DNA of 64,000 nt. It comes from Alkalispirochaeta sp. (lineage in GTDB: Bacteria > Spirochaetota > Spirochaetia > DSM-27196 > Alkalispirochaetaceae). The stretch spans positions 4,384,001 through 4,448,000 of the forward strand of contig OZ271854.1 in assembly GCA_965601925.1 (NCBI GenBank). Direction: 5' to 3'. The position numbers and the translations under genes are program-made. Position 1 is the first letter of the stretch. Each line of letters opens with the position of its first letter. The notes beneath the pieces were generated by a model, which worked only from the letters and a program-made list of their open reading frames with translations, made no database searches and had not been told where the DNA came from. Positions 9,302 through 18,685 of this stretch are shown piece after piece.

Positions 9302-10384
9302 ATGCCGGGCAACAGTTTTGGTCAGGATTTTCGGATAACCACCTTCGGGGAATCTCACGGGGGTGCCGTCGGTGTCATCGTCGACGGGGTGACTCCCGGG
9401 GTCGAACTCGCAGTCGAGGACGTTCAAAAACAGCTGGATCGCCGGAAGCCCGGCCAGTCGTCCATCACGACGCCGCGCAAGGAGCCCGATACGATTCACA
9501 TTCTTTCCGGGTTATTCGAAGGCAAGACGACGGGTACACCCCTCATGATGATTCTCTACAACGCCGACGCAGATCCGTCGGCGTACGACGACATCAAAGA
9601 GAAGTTTCGCCCGGGGCACGCCGACTACACGTATCTGAAGAAGTACGGGATTCGCGACTGGCGCGGCAGCGGTCGCGCGTCGGGCCGCGAAACCTCGGGA
9701 CGCGTCGCCGCGGGTGCGTTGGCGCGCAAAATCCTGGAGCGGCAAGGCGTTACGATCATCGCCTACACCAAACGCGCTGCGGGAATCGAATGCGAACGGT
9801 TCGATCCCGATGTAATCGAGCAAAATGCGCTACGGGCGTGCGATGCCGATGCGGCTGAGCGCATGCTTGAGAAGATCAACGCGATCAAGGAGCGTGAGGA
9901 TAGCGTCGGTGGTGTAATCGAGTGCCGCATCGCCGGCGTAGAGGTGGGTCTGGGAGAACCGGTCTTCGATAAGCTCGATGCCGAAATTGCGCGTGCCATG
10001 CTCTCCATCGGATCGGTGAAGGGCATCGAGTTCGGCGCCGGCTTCGCAGCGGCGGATATGACCGGCAGCCAACACAACGATCAGATGGGCGGCGACGGCT
10101 TTCTGACGAACAATGCGGGGGGAATCATCGGCGGTATCTCGACCGGCGATGAGATCATCTTTCGCATCGCGGTCAAGCCGACGAGCTCCATCGCTCGAGA
10201 GCAGCAGACCGTCGACATTCACGGAAGGAACAGTACTATCCGCACCGAGGGGCGTCACGATGCGTGTATCTGCCCGAGAATCGTACCGGTCGTGGAGGCG
10301 ATGGCGTGTATCGTCTTGGTCGACCACCAGAAGCGACAACGTGCAATGCTCCACGGCGGCGCCGAGTTGGGGGGCGCCTCATGA
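9302..10384 (+). CDS. aroC: Chorismate synthase
   Basis: TFGESHG, RPGHAD, RASGRET, NNAGGIIGGIS, KPTSSI, RHDACI. Confidence 0.97.
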   Translation: MPGNSFGQDFRITTFGESHGGAVGVIVDGVTPGVELAVEDVQKQLDRRKPGQSSITTPRKEPDTIHILSGLFEGKTTGTPLMMILYNADADPSAYDDIKEKFRPGHADYTYLKKYGIRDWRGSGRASGRETSGRVAAGALARKILERQGVTIIAYTKRAAGIECERFDPDVIEQNALRACDADAAERMLEKINAIKEREDSVGGVIECRIAGVEVGLGEPVFDKLDAEIARAMLSIGSVKGIEFGAGFAAADMTGSQHNDQMGGDGFLTNNAGGIIGGISTGDEIIFRIAVKPTSSIAREQQTVDIHGRNSTIRTEGRHDACICPRIVPVVEAMACIVLVDHQKRQRAMLHGGAELGGAS

Positions 10385-10782
10385 CCGAAGCGGCCGTCTA
10401 TTCCCCGATAGCGGTATGGGTCGCCGATACGTTCTATTGGGTGTTCATCGCAGTTCTCGTCGTCAATCTCACGCAGCGGCGACATCAGAGCAAGGCTGAG
10501 AAAAAGCGTTTCGCGACACTCTACCTGGGGTTGGCGGTGTTCGTGTTTTTTATTCTGGCGCAGTTGATCGTGCGCTTCGGCGGTAGTGACTGGATGTTGA
10601 TACCCTCCGTCCTCCTCATTGTGGCGACGGTGTATGTGCTGCGCGAACACACCTTTCCGTTTCGCCTCTATTCTCCGGTCGACGGTCGGCGTCTGACGTT
10701 TCAGGAGATTCTATACGACGACAACCATGGTGACGCACCCTCGGAGACCTCCGATGATGCCGAGGACGACGGCGGCGAGTAA
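10381..10782 (+). CDS. Small membrane protein (about 3 TM) with acidic tail
   Basis: ATGA overlap with aroC stop; three hydrophobic segments. Confidence 0.75.
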   Translation: MTEAAVYSPIAVWVADTFYWVFIAVLVVNLTQRRHQSKAEKKRFATLYLGLAVFVFFILAQLIVRFGGSDWMLIPSVLLIVATVYVLREHTFPFRLYSPVDGRRLTFQEILYDDNHGDAPSETSDDAEDDGGE

Positions 10783-10815
10783 CCGCCTCGCCGCGCTTCA
10801 TTACGTCCGTCGTCC

Positions 10816-11328
10816 CTACTCTTCTCTGTGGTCGGATCGCCGTCCGGCGGCGAGCATCAGTATTCCGATGACCACCAAAAGGGCGGGCCACCAATCGACG
10901 ACAACGTCCGCCAAGCTCGCTTTGATTATGCCGAGACTGAAGAGAAGAAAGACGAACGAGATCGCAACGATCGCGAGGCCCGGTACGATTAAGGTATAGT
11001 GGTACTCGCGCCCCTTTTTGCACCCGTAGGCAACGAGGGCGACACCGCCGATGGTCATGAAGACCGGCCATACCGAGCCCGTCTTGGCCGCCGGAAGCGC
11101 CGACTCCCACAAGAGCCAGAATCCCCCGGATAGTCCGAGAAAGGTGCCGGCAAAGACGTTGCCCTCACGACCGCCGGGACGAAATGCGCGCCAAAACAAC
11201 ACGATACTTACGACGATGAGCAACAGCGGCGGCAATAGCGACCCGACCGTAACCGTCCCGGTGGTGATCAATAGGAGCGCCGCCCCACCCACGGCCAAGC
11301 TCAAACCAAACGGTACCCTTCGATTCAT
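10816..11328 (-). CDS. Multi-pass membrane protein (LiaF/DUF5668-like WP-motif helices)
   Basis: About 6 hydrophobic helices with WPVF and WWPALLVVIGI motifs; leaderless-type promoter ATGCCA-17-TAAGCT-6-ATG. Confidence 0.7.
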   Translation of the reverse strand: MNRRVPFGLSLAVGGAALLLITTGTVTVGSLLPPLLLIVVSIVLFWRAFRPGGREGNVFAGTFLGLSGGFWLLWESALPAAKTGSVWPVFMTIGGVALVAYGCKKGREYHYTLIVPGLAIVAISFVFLLFSLGIIKASLADVVVDWWPALLVVIGILMLAAGRRSDHREE

Positions 11329-11677
11329 CGCCACAGCTTATCCCATATGGGCGATAATGGCATCTCCCAATGTACTCGTTGCCCGTCGGTGTACGCCTCG
11401 GCCTCGAGTCCCGCATATGCATCTTCGGTACTCTCTCGGAACACTACCGTATCGATTGACTCGCGCTTGCGAGTCGGAGAGGGTATGAGATATAGGCGTC
11501 CGTCGAAGGCAGACAGACCGATCGAGATGCCGTCTGAGGGCGACATTCAAGCTCCGCATTCCGCCTCCGACGGCGTGGTCGGAGGTCCCTACCGGTGACC
11601 CGCCCGTCCGGTTCGGTCAAAGGTGAGCGTACGGGCCGATATTGCCAACGCGCCGTTCGAACGGCTATGCTGTCGAT

Positions 11678-12703
11678 ATGAAGCGGTTGAAACGCACTCT
11701 GATTCTTACCGTGCTCATCGTGCCGGTAGCGATACTCGCCATGTCGCTGACGCGTCTGGGTCAGACGGAACCGCTCCCGTTACGCAACTATCGCGAACGG
11801 GCCGAGGCGGCCCCCCCCGGTTTTCCCGTCGTCGAGCGGGCGGCGCAGACGGCCCGGGAGACGTCGGGAGACGAAGAGATGGTTCGTTTTCTCACCGCCC
11901 ACGTCCAACACTTTCCCTTCGATCCCAATAACGGCTACTACCTGACCATCGTCGGCGACATGTACCGCGAGAGCGGCGCGACGGCGGTGGCACGACAATA
12001 CTATCGTCGATCCCTCCTCACCTTTCCCGATGTACGTGTCCGCTCAATATCGACCCACCGCGTGACCATTAACCGCCTTCTCGAGATTGTAGAGGAGCCT
12101 GCCGAACGTCTTGATTATCTCTACCATCTCCGTGATCGCTTTGCCGACGAGATCGACAACGGCGTCGTCGCCTACTATCTCGGCAAAGCGTACGAGGAGG
12201 CCGGGTTGTGGGAGGAGGCGTACGCAAGTTATCGACGATTTCTCGCCCTCCCTACTACAGAAATACCGGGCGAGCCGGATGCCCGCGAAACGGTTTCGCG
12301 ACGCCTCGTCTTTTATGACTCGCCGAGGAACTGGACGCGTCGCGACTTGGGAGAGCTGGTTACACTGATAAAAAACGCCTTGTGGGCCCAGAATCCGAGC
12401 GCCCTTTTACGCCACCGCGCACACGAGAACTTCTTCACCATGTCGTGGCAACAGGATCAGGGAGACGCCAACAGCGAAATTCCGACGTTCGACATTGCGG
12501 CGTTTCTCAGGCGCTCGAGAGTGCGTTTTGCCCAAGAGTTGGACCTCTCTTCGAACGCGAGCGAGGCATATTTGGAGACGTGGGGATGGTCGCACCGAAT
12601 TCCGACGTGGTACCTCTACTTTCGTCGCGTCGACTTTCCTGCGGACCCGGAGATACACGGGAGCTGGGAGTGGGCCGGCATTCTCTTCGGCGAGGCGCTG
12701 TAG
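11678..12703 (+). CDS. Exported/membrane-anchored TPR protein
   Basis: N-terminal hydrophobic segment; TPR-like YYLGKAYEEAGLWEEAYASYRRFL; TTGCCA-18-TATGCT-6-ATG. Confidence 0.75.
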   Translation: MKRLKRTLILTVLIVPVAILAMSLTRLGQTEPLPLRNYRERAEAAPPGFPVVERAAQTARETSGDEEMVRFLTAHVQHFPFDPNNGYYLTIVGDMYRESGATAVARQYYRRSLLTFPDVRVRSISTHRVTINRLLEIVEEPAERLDYLYHLRDRFADEIDNGVVAYYLGKAYEEAGLWEEAYASYRRFLALPTTEIPGEPDARETVSRRLVFYDSPRNWTRRDLGELVTLIKNALWAQNPSALLRHRAHENFFTMSWQQDQGDANSEIPTFDIAAFLRRSRVRFAQELDLSSNASEAYLETWGWSHRIPTWYLYFRRVDFPADPEIHGSWEWAGILFGEAL

Positions 12704-12762
12704 CCCGCGGCGAGCACGCGCATATCTCCTTTTCCAACGGGTAAAAGGCGTCGACAATAAGA

Positions 12763-13635
12763 ATGATGCGTGCATTTCTCGTTTCCGTGATGATCGCTTG
12801 CTCACTCTTATCGCCTGCACTCGGCGCAGCCGAGGAGATCGTCGTCGCCGTAGAAACGACCTTTCAATGGCAGACCGGCACGCTCGAGATGGATCTCTCG
12901 GCAGTCGTGGAGGACCGAGGTGTTAACGCTCCCGCCGGCCTTCACCGAGCGCAGCAAATCATCGAACGGGAATTTGCCGCGCAACTCTTTTCCAGCCTGT
13001 TGCCACTGCGTCTCGACTCCATACGCCTCGTGGAGGACGCGGTACGGGACGACCCCGCGCTGGCGGCGCAGATCTCCGAGCTGGCGCGCCGCGCCGAGCG
13101 CGGTCTTCCGCGCCCCGACCCCGACCTACGCGGAATCAGTCGTACCTATCGTGTTCCCGTGTTTCCGGATCTTACGCAACTGTTCGTCGGTCATTCGATT
13201 CCGTTTCGCATGGAGCGTGTCATCGAGTGGGTGCCGACCCGCAACTTTTCGGGAATAGTGATCTACGCCGCCGAGCCGCTGCCCCTCCACGGGACCGACG
13301 AAGAGGTTCTTCTCGCGCCGGCTCTCCTTCCGGAGATCTACGACACGAATCTGCGTCCGATTCTCGAACAGGACATGCTCGACCCCGCCGCCATCGATCG
13401 GTGGGGCGTCGTCGCTTACACCGAGACGGCCGACGAGGATCAGTGGCGACAACGCATCGGTACGAGTCCGTTGCGCATTATGGCACGCCAAGCCTTCGGA
13501 ATTCTCCCGACTGATATCATCATCGGCGAGGAGGATGCAAACCGCCTGTTGGCTTCCCGCCATAATCGCGAGCTCTTGCGCCAAGGCCGTATCTTGGTCA
13601 TCCTCGCCGCTGACAGGACGACGGTCTCGGACTGA
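12763..13635 (+). CDS. Exported hypothetical protein
   Basis: Signal peptide-like N-terminus (..SPALGA); long coherent ORF. Confidence 0.75.
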   Translation: MMRAFLVSVMIACSLLSPALGAAEEIVVAVETTFQWQTGTLEMDLSAVVEDRGVNAPAGLHRAQQIIEREFAAQLFSSLLPLRLDSIRLVEDAVRDDPALAAQISELARRAERGLPRPDPDLRGISRTYRVPVFPDLTQLFVGHSIPFRMERVIEWVPTRNFSGIVIYAAEPLPLHGTDEEVLLAPALLPEIYDTNLRPILEQDMLDPAAIDRWGVVAYTETADEDQWRQRIGTSPLRIMARQAFGILPTDIIIGEEDANRLLASRHNRELLRQGRILVILAADRTTVSD

Positions 13636-13697
13636 CGGACCGACGCGCCGCATCGCGGTTGACACCCACCGACGGCCATGCTCAAATACGGCGAGTG

Positions 13698-14984
13698 ATG
13701 AACCAGCTCTTTTCGCGACTGCTCGTAATCGCGTGTACGTTGCTTTTTTTCGGTGCCTGCACAAACCGCTCCATCGGCTACGCAGTCGTTCTGTGGCCGC
13801 AGCCCGACTCCGGCCTCCAAGAGGGTACGGTATTGAATCTTGTCGCCGCATCCGAGGCTGCAAACACGGTGACGCTACGTTTACCCGACGGCCAGGAGAC
13901 GGTCTCCGGGTGGCGCGTCATTCGATTTGACGATCGTGATCAGGCCGAGACGTTTCGCGAACGGTTCGCCCCCTGGCAGGATCGCTATGCGCGCAGCCTG
14001 CGCACCGCTTTGCCGGTGCGGGAGCGCGCCGACCGCATGAGTACGCGCGTGTATCGGCTACGCGACGGAGAGGTCGTCAAAATTATCTCTCGACTGGACG
14101 AGCAATCCGATGAGGCGGGTCTCGTCGACTATTGGTACGAGGTCCTTACCGGCGAGGGCATCACGGGCTGGGTATTCGGCTACCATCTCCAAATCACCGG
14201 CGCGAGCGGACGCCCCGTAGAGGCCGGCGACGATCTGGACGAAACCGATCGTCTCGTCGCGGATATCGCGTCGGTGGCGTGGCGTCCCGCCTATTTCGAG
14301 GCAATGATTACCAACGGCCGGATACAGTTCGACCGTTTCGGACCGCGCTTCGGCCTCTTCGGCGACGTCGAAAACGGTCGATTCTCCGTCATTTTGCCGG
14401 GGTTGGAACGGACCTTTGAATATGATGGGTACTTTTCCCCGGTGCGCAATACGATCGAGTTCGAAGGTACGTCCCTCACCCTCGCGCTGGTGGGTGAACG
14501 ACGAGTCGAGGCACAGTACAACGTGAACGGAAGGGTGCGCAGCACCACATTCGTGCAAATCGACGAAGATCTCGGCGAGGTAATCGACGCCGAACGGGAA
14601 CGCCGACGGCAACTACTCGACCAAATTCTCAGTCGCGGAAACGGCCTGATCAGCACCGCATATGGAACGGTCCAACTCGGAGAGCGCGGCACCATTTCCT
14701 GGACCGGATACGAGCGGCTGGTTCCCTCGGTACTGCCGACGACCTTCGACGGCACGGCGAGTTTGGAGTTTTCTCTCCACTTGGCCGACGAGCTGCGCGG
14801 ACGCTACGATGGTGGGCTTCGCATGGTCTTGGGAAACAATGAAACGGTGGCGTTTCTCTACAATTTACTGGATGACGGACTTCGCCTGGTTTACGTCCCC
14901 GATACCCTCATCGACGATGAACACCTCGTTGAAGAGGAGCCGATTTCGGCGGTCGTGATGTTTTACCGCTTCATCTCCAGCTAA
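13698..14984 (+). CDS. Lipoprotein with SH3-like domain
   Basis: Lipobox-like FFGAC; SH3b-like VYRLRDGEVVKII...WYEVLTGEGITGWVFG. Confidence 0.75.
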   Translation: MNQLFSRLLVIACTLLFFGACTNRSIGYAVVLWPQPDSGLQEGTVLNLVAASEAANTVTLRLPDGQETVSGWRVIRFDDRDQAETFRERFAPWQDRYARSLRTALPVRERADRMSTRVYRLRDGEVVKIISRLDEQSDEAGLVDYWYEVLTGEGITGWVFGYHLQITGASGRPVEAGDDLDETDRLVADIASVAWRPAYFEAMITNGRIQFDRFGPRFGLFGDVENGRFSVILPGLERTFEYDGYFSPVRNTIEFEGTSLTLALVGERRVEAQYNVNGRVRSTTFVQIDEDLGEVIDAERERRRQLLDQILSRGNGLISTAYGTVQLGERGTISWTGYERLVPSVLPTTFDGTASLEFSLHLADELRGRYDGGLRMVLGNNETVAFLYNLLDDGLRLVYVPDTLIDDEHLVEEEPISAVVMFYRFISS

Positions 14985-14995
14985 GGCCGTGCGCG

Positions 14996-16978
14996 ATGCT
15001 CTCGGCGACCGACCTTTCCCTCTCCTACGGCGGGCAGACGATTTTGGACGGCGCCAGCCTCACCTTAGAGACGCGCGCCCGAGTGGGACTCGTCGGTGCG
15101 AACGGAAGCGGCAAGACCAGTTTGCTCCGGATCCTCGCCGGCGAGACCCACGCTGAAGCGGGAAGCATTACCCTGGGTCGAGACCTCACACTTTCGTATC
15201 TCTCGCAACAAAAGCCGGCCTCCTCCGCGCAGACGGTATACGAGCTCGCCGAGGAGGGATTTGTCCGGGAGCATACGCTCGCCGGTGAACGCACCTCCTA
15301 TGCGGCGATTCTGGAGCGGGACCCCGGCGATACTCACGCCCTCGCTGAGGTGGCGCGAATCGACGACGCGCTGGAGGAGCGCGAGTACTTTCGCCGTGAC
15401 GGGCGCATCACCCGGGTGTTATCGGGTTTGGGATTCTCCCCCGAGGAGATGCACCGACCCCTTTCGCAGTTCAGCGGCGGGTGGCAGATGCGTGCTGCGC
15501 TCGCCCGGACACTGTTGACGCGCGCCGATTTTCTCCTGTTGGACGAACCGACGAACTACCTCGACTCGGAGACGCGACAGTGGCTTTCACGCTTCATTGC
15601 AGGCTATGAAGGCGGCGTCATGCTCGTCTCTCACGACCGAGCCTTCTTAGACGATACGATCGAGGTCGTGTTGGAGCTGTTCCTCGGCCGACTCCGCCGC
15701 TACCGCGGTTCGTACTCGGTGTACGAGCGACAACGCAGGGAGGAGCTGCAACAGCTCATCAAGGCGTGGGAGCTCCAACAGCGCGACCTGAAGCGTCAAG
15801 AGGACTTCATTCGACGGTTCCGTGCCACCGCCAGTAAGGCCAAGCAGGTCAAGAGTCGCGTTCGCGCGCTTGAGAAAAGCGAACGGATCGAGATTCCGCC
15901 CCATATTCGCCCGGTACACATCACTCTTCCACCGGCTCCGCATAGCGGACGCATCGTGTTGGAACTCGACGGCGTCACCAAGCGATACGGTGAGCGCACG
16001 GTACTGGAAGAGCTGGAGCTGACGATCGGGCGCGGTCAACGACTGGCCGTGGTGGGGTTAAACGGTGCGGGAAAGTCCACCCTCCTGAGGACCCTCGCCG
16101 GCGTCGAGGAGCCCACGGCCGGGCGAGTTGTCGCCGGCTCCGGCGTCCTCAAGGCGTACTACGCACAGGACAGCGCGGATACGCTGCCGGCCGGGGAGAC
16201 GGTTGAGGAGTACGTCGCTACACGCGCTTCCGCCGACGCGCTATCGCGCACACGGGACATCCTGGGCGCGTTCCTGTTCGACGAGGAGGGCGTGGCCAAA
16301 CCGCTGAGCGTTCTCTCAGGCGGTGAGCGAAGTCGGTTAGTTATGGCGAGTCTTCTCACGCGGCCGGCTAACCTTCTCATCCTCGACGAGCCGACCAACC
16401 ATCTGGATATGACGAGCCAGGAAGTTCTCGCACGCGCGTTGGCGAGTTATGACGGCACCGTCGTCTTCGTCTCCCACGACCGCGACTTTCTGCGACACGT
16501 AGCCACCGACGTTCTTGCGCTATGGCCCGAGGAGGTAGCGCGCCCCGACAAAGGGTGGCGGAGCTATCCCGGTACGTTTCGCGAGTTCGAGGCAAGCCAC
16601 TGGGGCGGCGTCTTCTCGAGCGCCGAGACGGATGACGATACCCGTCGCGGTCCGCGCATGCGCCCGTCGCAGACCGGCGGGGCTGCCGATACGGACGACG
16701 ACGCCAAGCGCACCTATCGCGCACAAAAGGCGAGCCGCGCGGCACTCAGGAAGGCGGAACGCGTCGAGACGGCGCTCCTCACCCGCCTGGACGAGTTGGA
16801 GGAGGACCACCGTCGCATTCAGGAGGCGATGGCGGCGGCGGAAAACTACACCGATCCGCAGCGTATCCAAAGACTCAGCGCGCAACTCTCCGCGAACGAA
16901 ACGGCGCAACGGGATACTACCGCGGAGTGGGAGCGCGTTAGCGCGGAGCTGGAAGAATTGCAAAACTCTTCTCGATAG
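14996..16978 (+). CDS. ABC-F family ATPase with C-terminal coiled coil
   Basis: Two ABC domains (GANGSGKT/FSGGW/LDEPTNYLD; GLNGAGKST/LSGGE/LDEPTNHLD), no TM segments. Confidence 0.92.
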   Translation: MLSATDLSLSYGGQTILDGASLTLETRARVGLVGANGSGKTSLLRILAGETHAEAGSITLGRDLTLSYLSQQKPASSAQTVYELAEEGFVREHTLAGERTSYAAILERDPGDTHALAEVARIDDALEEREYFRRDGRITRVLSGLGFSPEEMHRPLSQFSGGWQMRAALARTLLTRADFLLLDEPTNYLDSETRQWLSRFIAGYEGGVMLVSHDRAFLDDTIEVVLELFLGRLRRYRGSYSVYERQRREELQQLIKAWELQQRDLKRQEDFIRRFRATASKAKQVKSRVRALEKSERIEIPPHIRPVHITLPPAPHSGRIVLELDGVTKRYGERTVLEELELTIGRGQRLAVVGLNGAGKSTLLRTLAGVEEPTAGRVVAGSGVLKAYYAQDSADTLPAGETVEEYVATRASADALSRTRDILGAFLFDEEGVAKPLSVLSGGERSRLVMASLLTRPANLLILDEPTNHLDMTSQEVLARALASYDGTVVFVSHDRDFLRHVATDVLALWPEEVARPDKGWRSYPGTFREFEASHWGGVFSSAETDDDTRRGPRMRPSQTGGAADTDDDAKRTYRAQKASRAALRKAERVETALLTRLDELEEDHRRIQEAMAAAENYTDPQRIQRLSAQLSANETAQRDTTAEWERVSAELEELQNSSR

Positions 16979-17070
16979 CGTTGGTCGTCCGCGCATTCGT
17001 TCATTACCTTCAAGGTGATGATAATAGCTCTAGGCACCGCGGTGACGCGGGGGTCACGCCGGGTACTTGG

Positions 17071-17715
17071 ATGACGCGCCTGCCGATGTTTCCCCTCGGG
17101 TTGGTACTCATGCCCCGTATGCCGCTCCCGCTGCATATCTTCGAGGATCGCTACCGCGCCATGATCGGACGCTGCCTGGACGAGAAGTTGCCCTTCGGTG
17201 TCTTGCTCCATACCGGCTCGACGGTACAGACCGTCGGATGTCTGGCGTCCATCGACAGCGTAATCAATACGTACAAGGACGGGCGAATGGATATCCTCAC
17301 CGTGGGAACCGAGCGCTTTCGTGTCGGGGCGATGCACGAGGCCAAGTCATATCTTGAAGCCGATGTCGAGGTGTTTCACGACGAGACGATCGACGGCGAC
17401 CAACAGACACGCATCGGCGAGCTGGCGAAAGCAGCGATCGACGATTTGATCGAGTTTGCACACGAGGCGGGGTACGATGTCGATGTGACCCTCCTGGAAC
17501 AGTTGAGCTATGAGGAGCTTTCGTTTCTCTTGGCGACGACCGACGTATTTAGCACCGAGGAGAAGCAACACTTGATCGAACTAAGGTCCACGGCCGATCG
17601 CATGCAACGCGCCGCGCGGGCGATCGACGCGGGACGCGAAAAGCGCTCGATGACGCGCCGTATTAAGACGATGCTGGGTAAAGACGACGAGGACATTACC
17701 CATCTATTCAACTAA
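17071..17715 (+). CDS. Stand-alone Lon N-terminal (substrate-binding) domain protein
   Basis: LPMFPLGLVLMP...LPLHIFEDRYRAMI...FGV...VGC...DGRMDI...G.ERF. Confidence 0.85.
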   Translation: MTRLPMFPLGLVLMPRMPLPLHIFEDRYRAMIGRCLDEKLPFGVLLHTGSTVQTVGCLASIDSVINTYKDGRMDILTVGTERFRVGAMHEAKSYLEADVEVFHDETIDGDQQTRIGELAKAAIDDLIEFAHEAGYDVDVTLLEQLSYEELSFLLATTDVFSTEEKQHLIELRSTADRMQRAARAIDAGREKRSMTRRIKTMLGKDDEDITHLFN

Positions 17716-17883
17716 ATCGAGATAGCGGCGCGGCGTAATCCTTGAGCATGGTTCCTGAGCGAAGCGCACCGAGAGACGCCGCTACCGTCTCCACTCCGGG
17801 ACGCTGCATATCTCCCGCCACCGGCCGTTTCGCTTCGGCATCCGTGTTGATCGACACCGACCGACTCCGAAGGAAACACTTAC

Positions 17884-18612
17884 ATGCGCATCACAATCGA
17901 CGGTTTGAATAAGAGCTTCGGCGGTCATCACGTTCTGAAGGATATCGCTTTGGAGGTCGATAGCCATTCTCTGGTTATCGTCGGCCCCTCAGGGGGCGGT
18001 AAAACGACGTTGCTGCGCGTCATAGCCGGCCTCGAGCGGGCGGAATCGGGTGAGTTGTCGGTAAACGGCCGCGAAATTCACTTCGAAGAGACCGCGCTCC
18101 GGGAGTATCGCAAGCGGATCGGGATGGTCTTCCAAGCGTACAATCTGTTTCCGCACTTGACGGCCTTAGCCAACATCACGCTTCCCCTGGAGAAAGTTCA
18201 CCGCAAGAGCCCCGGAGAGGCGCGCCACATCGCCATGGGACTCCTGGAGCGTTTTCAACTGGCGGACCACGTGCACAAGAAGCCGGGGCAGCTCTCGGGA
18301 GGTCAAAAACAGCGAATCGCCTTGAGCCGTGCGATTGCGATCGGACCGGAGTTCCTCATCCTCGATGAACCGACCAGCGCCCTGGATCCCGAGTTCACCG
18401 CAGAAGTTCTCGACATGATCGAGGAGTTGCGAGAAGAGGATAAGCACCTCATCTTGGTCACCCACGAGATGGGGTTCGCGCGCCACGTCTCCGACTACGT
18501 GCTCTTCATCGACGATGGAACGGTCATCGAAGAGGGGTCGCCGGAAGCGGTCTTCGACAACCCTCGGCACCCCAAAGTGCGGAAGTTTTTCGACCGCGTG
18601 TTAAAATACTGA
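17884..18612 (+). CDS. Polar amino-acid ABC transporter ATP-binding subunit (GlnQ-like)
   Basis: GPSGGGKTT, GMVFQAYNLFPHLT, LSGGQKQR, DEPTSALDPE, VTHEMGFA. Confidence 0.92.
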   Translation: MRITIDGLNKSFGGHHVLKDIALEVDSHSLVIVGPSGGGKTTLLRVIAGLERAESGELSVNGREIHFEETALREYRKRIGMVFQAYNLFPHLTALANITLPLEKVHRKSPGEARHIAMGLLERFQLADHVHKKPGQLSGGQKQRIALSRAIAIGPEFLILDEPTSALDPEFTAEVLDMIEELREEDKHLILVTHEMGFARHVSDYVLFIDDGTVIEEGSPEAVFDNPRHPKVRKFFDRVLKY

Positions 18613-18685
18613 AAACATCGTATGCGCCCTCGACACGACCCCAACCTGTGGTACTATCCTCTTGCATTACGGACAGGAGTGCACT

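Noticed and set aside
11527..11537. ATGCCGTCTGA, near match to the Neisseria DNA uptake sequence
   Set aside because: Single imperfect copy; uptake sequences occur at high density
11325..11598. Short ORFs (73-83 aa) in the divergent intergenic region
   Set aside because: No RBS or motif, mutually overlapping, and the minus-strand ones run across the predicted promoter of the 11328 gene
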